The translations under genes and the position numbers were made by a program. 64,000 bases of DNA from positions 97,043 through 161,042 of the forward strand of contig NW_027192198.1 of assembly GCF_041956535.1 (NCBI RefSeq), written 5' to 3'. The notes below the pieces were generated by a model. The model saw nothing but the letters and a program-made list of their open reading frames with translations, did no database searches and had not been told where the DNA came from. Positions 55,924 through 64,000 of the stretch are shown in pieces (within the stretch, counting starts at the first letter, position 1; each line of letters opens with the position of its first letter). The DNA is from Calcarisporiella thermophila CBS 279.70 (taxonomy: Eukaryota > Fungi > Calcarisporiellomycota).

Positions 55924-57046
55924 NNNNNNNNNNNNNNNNNNNNNNNNNNNNNNNNNNNNNNNNNNNNNNNNNNNNNNNNNNNNNNNNNNNNNNNNNNNNN
56001 NNNNNNNNNNNNNNNNNNNNNNNNNNNNNNNNNNNNNNNNNNNNNNNNNNNNNNNNNNNNNNNNNNNNNNNNNNNNNNNNNNNNNNNNNNNNNNNNNNNN
56101 NNNNNNNNNNNNNNNNNNNNNNNNNNNNNNNNNNNNNNNNNNNNNNNNNNNNNNNNNNNNNNNNNNNNNNNNNNNNNNNNNNNNNNNNNNNNNNNNNNNN
56201 NNNNNNNNNNNNNNNNNNNNNNNNNNNNNNNNNNNNNNNNNNNNNNNNNNNNNNNNNNNNNNNNNNNNNNNNNNNNNNNNNNNNNNNNNNNNNNNNNNNN
56301 NNNNNNNNNNNNNNNNNNNNNNNNNNNNNNNNNNNNNNNNNNNNNNNNNNNNNNNNNNNNNNNNNNNNNNNNNNNNNNNNNNNNNNNNNNNNNNNNNNNN
56401 NNNNNNNNNNNNNNNNNNNNNNNNNNNNNNNNNNNNNNNNNNNNNNNNNNNNNNNNNNNNNNNNNNNNNNNNNNNNNNNNNNNNNNNNNNNNNNNNNNNN
56501 NNNNNNNNNNNNNNNNNNNNNNNNNNNNNNNNNNNNNNNNNNNNNNNNNNNNNNNNNNNNNNNNNNNNNNNNNNNNNNNNNNNNNNNNNNNNNNNNNNNN
56601 NNNNNNNNNNNNNNNNNNNNNNNNNNNNNNNNNNNNNNNNNNNNNNNNNNNNNNNNNNNNNNNNNNNNNNNNNNNNNNNNNNNNNNNNNNNNNNNNNNNN
56701 NNNNNNNNNNNNNNNNNNNNNNNNNNNNNNNNNNNNNNNNNNNNNNNNNNNNNNNNNNNNNNNNNNNNNNNNNNNNNNNNNNNNNNNNNNNNNNNNNNNN
56801 NNNNNNNNNNNNNNNNNNNNNNNNNNNNNNNNNNNNNNNNNNNNNNNNNNNNNNAACATGTACGTGAAACCAATGTAATCGTTGTACTTATCGTAAGGGC
56901 GATCTTTTCAATAATCAAGACTCAGCTTCTGATCAAGTGGATAGCAGTCACAAACCAAGAGTAAGTGCTGGTGGGGGAAGTGGGATTCGAACCCACGCCG
57001 TTCTCATCGGCATCCCAGGGATAGTCCACTACACTAACCCTCCCCC
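55924..57046 (-). mobile_element. tRNA-headed SINE-like element with intact 5' end (copy 2; 3' part lies in the gap)
   Basis: 17-bp direct repeat GGGTAAAAAGCACCAAA at 55907-55923 and 57047-57063; the 5' end begins exactly at a tRNA-like acceptor stem. Confidence 0.7.
56969..57046 (-). ncRNA. tRNA-like head (type II/Leu-like, anticodon loop absent, CCA encoded)
   Basis: GGGGGAG/TTCCCCC-A-CCA acceptor; A box TAGTGTAGTGG; T arm GTGGG-TTCGAAT-CCCAC; arm GCCG-ATGAGAA-CGGC. Confidence 0.7.
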
Positions 57047-57129
57047 GGGTAAAAAGCACCAAAATTTATTGTGACTGCGATTGAAATTCCTGCTTACAAA
57101 AACACATTTTTTCTCTCGATTCACGTGAA

Positions 57130-57200
57130 GCATGGTTGGTTTAGTGGTATAATTGCCGCCTGCCACGCGGCAGACCCGGGTTCGATTCCCGGACCATGCA
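57130..57200 (+). tRNA. tRNA-Gly(GCC)
   Basis: GCATGGT/ACCATGC-A acceptor, CCGC-CTGCCAC-GCGG anticodon arm, GGTTCGATTCC; T-run terminator at about 57212. Confidence 0.96.
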
Positions 57201-57724
57201 GGATATCTTAATTTTTTTTCAATTCATTTTAAATGAATTATTCAGCCTATCGTTAATTCTTGTTTGAATGAAGATCCATCCCCCCGAGGGGCGTAATACT
57301 AGAGTTAATCATGAACCACTATCTAGCATCCTTAGAGAGCTGGGAGACACTGTGCATGCACAAGACTCTCGCAATATCATTATCATTGGCTTCTCTTTAC
57401 CCTTTAGTTTATCGAGCACAGTGGTTTACTATTTGTGGATGCGGTGGTGTGCGAGAGGGGAGAAAAGAGATCCATTTCAAGCTCATTTCAGTAGGGTGTC
57501 AACAAGCATCTCTAAAATAGTCCAACTAATTATAAATATTCAAATCTATCAAGAGGAAACGGAGGGATAATAGGTAGAGGGGAAAAAAGAAAAACATTGG
57601 ATAATAAATGGTAAGCTACTTCAAACGGTTCCTCATGAGTATTATTGTTGAATTTTTTATCTTCCTCTGCTTTCAAATAACATATATTTCTCAGGTTGAG
57701 TGGAATAATAACAAAAAAAAAAAT

Positions 57725-59027
57725 CTAGTGTTTTGAAGACTTGGGTGGAGCATAGAGGATCTTACGGTTCGTAAGGCCGGCCCACTTGAATCGCTTCACC
57801 CAAAGTGCTAGTCCAGCCAAAATGGTGAGCATGGCCACCGTCTTGAAGCCCATCTTCTTACGCTCGTCGTGCTCGGGTTCACTTGCCCACGAAAGGAAGG
57901 TCACGACGTCCTTTGCCATTTGCGAGGTGGTGGCGGGAGTGCCGTCCTCGTATTCAACGAGGCCATCATACAGCACTCGGGCCATACCAATGGCACCACC
58001 GGGGAAATAGGGGTTATAGTTGAGGCCTTCGCGCACCTCCACTCCCGCCGGAGGATCACAGTAGCCGGTCAAAAGGGAGAACACGTAGTTCGGACCATTG
58101 TGGCGGGCTTTGATGATGAGAGAGAGATCGGGAGGAAGAGCACCCGCATTCGCGGCACGGGCAGCCTCGTCATTGGGATATGGGCGAGGGAGATAATCAG
58201 AAAGCTAAATAGACGTATTGGAGGTGGAGGAAAAAAGGTGGGAATCCCCGGAAAAAAAAAAGCTTAGAGATGAGTACGAAAGCAGCCTCGAAAAAAAAGG
58301 GGAGAGGATCGCGTACCTTGCCGGGACGCTGGAACATCTCGCCATTATCATCGGGGCCATCGGTATATTCGGCCTCCTTGGCCATCTCGGCGACCTCCTC
58401 CGCGGTGTGCGAGACACCCACCAGGTTACGCCACGCGATGTAATTCAGAGAGTGGCAGGTGGAACATACTTCCTGGTATACTTGAAAACCACGGCGAATA
58501 CTAGCATGGTCGAAGGTGGAGAAGGGTCGCTCGTGATCCCATGGGTAATGTGGGGCATGGAGACCCTCGTCGGCGTTATCAGCGGAAACGTTGGAGGAGA
58601 AGTAGAGGTAACTGAATGTGGTTAGAAGGGCGGCACCACCGGCAGCAAAGGGAAGGGCTTTCTAAACTCTCAAACACATTTAGCAAAACACGCCATCAAT
58701 ATGGCAATCAAAATCGAGAAAGAATACTTACGGAACGAGTGGCATTTGCTTGGGTGGATGCGAGTCGAACCTGATTTAGAGCAAAGAACAGAAACAAAAA
58801 TTAGAATTTACTCGACATCATTAATTCAATGCACTCCATCTTCTTCTGTGGGTCCAAACTAGCGGGATTGCATGGGGCTCACTCAGCATTTCCTCCTGCA
58901 CATCGTAGAGGGATCGCACTCGGCTAAAGTGCCCCACATCGCCCATCATCGATAACGCTCTTACCTGCTGTTGTGCAGAATTCTGAAGCGATTGCCTCAG
59001 GCCGTTACCCGCGAGTCTGGTAAACAT
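57725..59027 (-). CDS. CYT1: Cytochrome c1, mitochondrial
   Basis: [59 protein letters not shown]; 4 exons. Confidence 0.97.
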
Positions 59028-60362
59028 GACTTTCTAGTCGACGAAATACAGCTCGATATGGTAGACAGGGGAAAAGGGTAGAAGGAGGAAGGCAAGAGTA
59101 AAAAGAGAAAAGCAAATGAGAACCCCTTCTAGCGGCCAGATTTCCTCGGGCTCAGTGTCAAAGAGAAAATAAAAAAGTAGAGCGAAATCAAAACAATTCA
59201 TGATTGACAAGGGGGGATAGGTTAGGTTAGCAGTCGCGCATAAAGGGGGACTCGGAAGAAATTGAGTCAGAGAAAGGGCAATCGCGGAAGGATGACGATC
59301 GGGCTTCTCCATTTACAATGTCGTTTCCGACCACCCCCACCATCTCGGTCATGAAGCCGTCCAAGGTTCAAGTGATTGCGTTATACATGGGATAATCCAG
59401 CTGTGAGCATGAAATACTCTATTTTTGGACCCTACAGGAAGAGCAGCCGCACTTCATACTTAAAAGAGGAGGGGGGGGGGGACGAGAGCTAAAACAAGCC
59501 ATCTTAAGAGAGCCAAGAGCCGGCAATGGGTGAAGAGGAAGCCCAGGGTAGGACACCATTGAGAACAAGTTGCATAGGGGAATGGGACGGATACGGGAGG
59601 AAACCTACTCGAAAGCAGGAGAAAAATCAAAAGATCATCTGATACCAAGATAAACGCAATTTTGGCATCGAATATCCGCCAGGGGGATACCTCGACCCTC
59701 AGGGTTGATAGCCGCAGGGCAGATTTCATTACTATGAAACAAGAGCCCAAATTAATGTCTCAAAGGCAACGGGTCGCAGGCCCCTGGAAGGGAAGTGCTC
59801 GCCGTGCTGCAGCGAAGCAAGCAAACTCACGCTGGCGCGTAGCAGGGTGGGCGGCAGCATGCCCGGCGCATCAGGGAAATAGCCCCGACGGGCCTGTCAA
59901 GTTGCGCCCGAATTTTGCTCTGACTGAAAGAAAATGGGGAGGGGAAAGCTGCAATCCGGATAGCCCCAATTTCAGTCGCACGATTAAAAGCCCGCGAATC
60001 AGAGGCCCCCGATTGACGTTTGAGCCTGAAAAGGGAAGTAGGGCCATTGAATTTTATTTTCTCCCGCCAAAGCGCAATCTCTTCACCATCGCCCCATACC
60101 TTCCTCTCCTCTCCCACTTCCACTCCCCCTCCGGCGCTGCCACGCCAAAGACTATGCGCCACTAGTCGTCATCATTGCTTGCTCTTCGTCCCTCATTTTC
60201 ATCCGATATACTTGGTCACCGGCTTGCGCTGGCGATTTTGCCAAGAATAATCTCCAAACAAGTAACCGAGTCGCCAATATCCCCCCTCTTGGCCACGATA
60301 GGCCCCGAGTTTCCCAGGGAAATAACCACAAGCGACTCTCGTAACGCCTCGGTCAAGTCGGG

Positions 60363-62805
60363 ATGCGGCAACAGAGTTCATCCAATGCTCCGCTGACATC
60401 CGAGGCAGCAATGCGCTCCCCCCGCCCACGCCCGCGCTCTTGTTCGGATGCGAGCACGCTGCGCTCCAATCCTGAAAGCTGTAGTACAGCCAGTAGTGAA
60501 AGGCGAGCGTCGTCGTTTTGGCGCTCTCTGCTAGAGCCCAACACCTTCACGGAAACGTCCCCGAGCACGCACCCCGCCGTGGTCCCGGTGCCGCTCACGA
60601 CGGAAGAAGCGGCGAAGACCACCGCGGGGGCGAGAAAGTCGGGGGAGTATCCGAGGGAGAAACCGGACGAGTCGGCGACATGTCGGCGGGATGAATGCGA
60701 ATCATCACAGGTGAATCCCTCCTCCTCCCATAGCCCTAATCTCGAGTTTTTCTCACGCACTCCCACGCCCTCTGCACAGAGCAATGACACCCAAGAGCTC
60801 CCCCCCGAGTGCCTCACCAAAGTCCAGTCTCGCTTCCAACGCCAATTCCCCGAGTTGGCCCACGAGGTGGCCTTCGTCCGACGAGGCTATACGTGCTCGT
60901 TCAAACGCGGCCCCTCCTTTTGGCAGGGCGTGCTGCTCTGCACAAACAACCACGTTTGCTTCTACGGACGGCTGCTGAGCAAGGCCATGAGGGTCGTGGT
61001 GCATCTGAGGGACGTGGCCGGGATCGAGAGAGACTACCGGCTACGGGTCATCCCAAATGCGCTGAGGATTGTGACGGCGGAGAAAACGGTAGGTTTGGCT
61101 TCTCGCCTCTCGGTCAAACCGAGAGGGGTCGGCCGCATCCGCTCTAACCCTCTCGCTCCACCCATAGTACACCTTCAACAACTTTCTATCGCGCGATGCC
61201 GCCTACGAGGAGATTGTCAAGGCTTGGGAGCTTGCGCCTTATGCGTCGGACGAGAGGCCCGGGGCAGAGTTCGTCTCGGGCGAAACGCTCGCCTCCCTCC
61301 CCGACTCTCCCGGGGGGCCGCAGCACGGCTACGAGCGCCCAGAAGATACCCGATCCAATCCATCCATAGATAAGCCCGCCCCCCTCCTCTCGGAGAAAGG
61401 CGCTGCTTTGGGAGAAGGAGAGCTCGACGTGTCCATGCTTGCCCCCGGGGAGGTCCCAGCCTCGAGGAGCCCCGGGACGCCGGTGGTGCTGCCCGAGAAG
61501 CTTCCGGGGCACCCCCCCGCCCTGGAGCTGTGTGAGCCTCCGCCGCCTCCGCCGGACATCCACCATCCCTCGGGCGCCGGCGCTACCGGCCACCACTCGG
61601 CGTCCGAGCTCAGCGCCACCTCGACCTCCAGCACGTCGACGTCGAAGGAGGCGCAGGAGTGCCCGTGCGAATCCCATCTCAAGTTCGAGATCATGGATCT
61701 GGTCGTCTCCCTGTCGTACTCTGCGGTGGAGGACATGCTGTTTGGAGGGAGCGAGACCCTGCACCACATCCACCAAGGGCTGGGCACCTCCGACCTCCAC
61801 GTGGGGCCGTGGAGGCGGCCCCGGGACGCGGGTGCCATCCAGGAGCGGGAGCTGACCTACCGCGCCAACTTCCGCATCTTCCGCCACAAAGCCATGACGC
61901 AATGCTACGAGACCCAGGCGCTTGTCCACGCGTCCCGCCACGCCCGCGTATACGCCTCCGCGTCTCGTGCGCCCCACGTCCCCTTCGGCGACCTCTTCGC
62001 CATCCTCTACCGGTGTTGCATCCTGCGGGTGGGGTCGCACCTGAGCCGGGTCCGCGTCACCGCACAGGTGGAATTCAAAAAGGGCATGCTGTTTGAGGGC
62101 ATTGTGGAGCGCACCGTCGTGGAGGGGATCACGGGCTTCTTCCAGGAGGTGACGCGCGTGCTGAAGACGGCCGAGGCCAGCCGGAAAAAGCACCTCCCTG
62201 CCGAGCTGGACCGAAGGGTGGGGCGCGGGGGCGCGAAGCGCCCACCGCGCAAGAGTCGGAAGAAGAAGGAGGACGCCGCTGCCTCCTCCTTGGCCCCGAT
62301 GGAACCACGGGGAGCAGAGATGGAGGGGCCGGCGGAAAAGGCGTCCGCGATGGGCGGGTACGACCGCCACGGCGTCCTCGCGTCCTTCTTCCACGGCTTC
62401 CACTCCTTTATCCGGCTGGTGACCGCGCTTTTCATTGGCCTGGTCTCGATGCTTCGCGTCGCCGCCAACCGCGATCTCCACGAGGGCCGCAACGCCTCGC
62501 TCAAGCGCGCCAGCGTGTTTGTGCTCGTGCTGGGGGCCATCATTGCGGGGCTGAACGCTTGGAGGCTCTATGAGCTAGAGAGGCAGCTAGCTAGTGGGCG
62601 ACCGACCTGTGGCAAGGGCCGGCTTCACCCTCCCCCGACCCCGCAACCTCCCCCGCAGCCCCTCCCCAAAATACCCGCGCTCGACTTGGCGTACGAAGGG
62701 AGGTACACCGGCTATGCCGTCGAGCCTCTGCGCGCTAGAGCGGCCCGCATCAAGGACGAGTTGCGCAAGATCGAGCGCATGCTGCTCGAGCTGGAGAGCC
62801 TCTGA
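60363..62805 (+). CDS. GRAM + VASt/StARkin sterol transfer protein (Lam/Ltc/Aster-like)
   Basis: GRAM (YTCSF...WQGVL...HVCFYG...IPNALRI|YTFNNFLSRD), VASt (RAPHVPFGDLF), TM segment and C-terminal coiled coil; exons 60363-61088 and 61168-62805. Confidence 0.85.
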
Positions 62806-63628
62806 TCTCCGTTGTATATTATTGTCCATACTCTACTATTGTGATATATATTTTACTATATTTTTTTGGGTTTAATCCAACTACAAAATCAGATACAATA
62901 GATTCTATTGACCTAGTGCTCATGGTGCTTATCTTATGGACTTTCTGAAGTATCTCCCTCTCCCCTCTCCCCTCCCCCCTCCCCCCACTTCCCCATTCTT
63001 CTAGCTGTTATGTTTCGGTCTTCCACTCCCCGTCCTTGGGAGGTGCAATAGCTGCCAGGATCATCCTCGGCGGTTATTGTGTTCTTGTAGTCATTCAACA
63101 TGCATTTTTTTTTTCCCTTTCGGAAACGTGCCGCCCTCTAAGTTCCAGCGGCCCACCGCTCAAGTCGAAGCGAGTGGGGAAAAAATGTTATATTGCCTAA
63201 TGTATTCACAAGAAGACAAGTATTCTAACATAGGAGAGAAGAAGGGGCGAGAAAGCAGAACAAACAACTAGATAAGAGAGGGAGAAAAAAAAAGCTAAAA
63301 GTGACATTGGACAACGAGAAAAGATTATAAATATCCTCAAAAGATATGCAAAACTCCCCCATATTAAAAAATAATAAGAAAATAAAAAGAGGAATGCAAA
63401 AAAAAAAAAGAAAAATAATAATCCCAAGACTGCATGGCAATAGAAAAGATATCAGCCTAGAAAAAAATAAAGGTATCCTTTTCGTATTATACTATAAAAA
63501 AACTACACACACTAAAGCAAAAAAAAACCAAGAGAATAAAAAAACATTAGCATATATAATTGTAGATCAAGATAGATAAAGCGGGCTATCAGGACCCATA
63601 TATAATTTTAAGAGGGCCGAAGAGGAGA

Positions 63629-63946
63629 CTATGCCAGGATGTAGCTCGACAGCTTTTGCCTAAAAAGCGTCATAAAGGCCCACTGTGCATACTGCATCCC
63701 CGTCATCACCAGCGTGTAGCGGCCCCATTCCCCGTCCTGCAGGTGATAGCGGTGATGGCAGTTGGCGCACACGCGACCAAGAAATTTCCCGCGGCTCGGG
63801 TCGGGCAGAGCAAACTCGTCCAGCCGTGCAATCCCCGATGCGCACCGCGAGCAGAAAATATCGCCGCATATCCGGCAATGATGCCGCCTGCGGAAAAAGG
63901 TAAATGCTTTATAGCAAAATCGACAGCAGTTGGTGTGATCATCCGG
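63629..63946 (-). CDS. Last exon of a FYVE zinc-finger protein (gene continues beyond the window)
   Basis: After a TAG acceptor: PDDHTNCCRFC...FTFFRRRHHCRICGDIFCSRC...RVCANC. Confidence 0.85.
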   Translation of the reverse strand, partial: PDDHTNCCRFCYKAFTFFRRRHHCRICGDIFCSRCASGIARLDEFALPDPSRGKFLGRVCANCHHRYHLQDGEWGRYTLVMTGMQYAQWAFMTLFRQKLSSYILA

Positions 63947-64000
63947 CTAGTGGGTGGGGGGGGGGGGGAGAAGGGAGAGAGAGAGAGGAGGGGTGAGTGA

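Noticed and set aside
56969-57046. Functional tRNA-Leu(GAG) using the ATGAGAA loop as anticodon
   Set aside because: That arm abuts the T stem with no variable loop and an extra hairpin precedes it; copy 1 also has C at the would-be U33.
55837-57063. CRISPR-like repeat/spacer or guide-RNA array (constant flanks around a variable 29/37-nt segment matching 55561)
   Set aside because: The variable segment and constant flank are fully explained as two separate target-site duplications plus 5' truncation; only two units and no cas or nuclease gene nearby.
56944-57078. LTR/TRIM reading (TGG... as primer-binding site, CAGTCACA/TGTGACTG as LTR ends)
   Set aside because: The tRNA match covers a whole cloverleaf rather than about 18 nt, the sequence after TGTGACTGC does not repeat the putative LTR, and long TSDs with an A-tail fit non-LTR insertion better.
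61186-62481. 431-aa antisense ORF (and similar ORFs at 1466-2020 and 50978-51580)
   Set aside because: Shadow ORFs caused by high GC3 on the coding strand.

Overview
Gene-dense eukaryotic nuclear DNA with many short GT-AG introns. The gene set (DASH Duo1, ERMES Mdm12, NudE, Ran1-type kinase, malate synthase, Josephin, carotenoid oxygenase) suggests a fungus, probably early-diverging (Mucoromycota/Zoopagomycota-like; inference only). I can support about 30 spliced or intronless protein genes, one tRNA-Gly(GCC), a degenerate Mutator/FAR1-type transposase in an AT-rich island (about 17.8-21.3 kb) and two assembly gaps (2929-3320, 55924-56854). The most notable structure is at 55.56-57.2 kb. Two same-orientation copies of an apparent non-LTR/SINE-like element, each with its own 15-18 bp target-site duplication, are inserted 29 bp apart just upstream of and head-to-head with the tRNA-Gly gene. 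The element begins with a tRNA-like cloverleaf that has a genomic CCA but no anticodon loop. Other oddities are a probable GG-AG intron, a cluster of MCB (ACGCGT) boxes in the first intron of a B-type cyclin, and a DUF4476-like gene missed by the ORF track. Exon boundaries were read by eye and family calls come from recalled motifs, not database searches.
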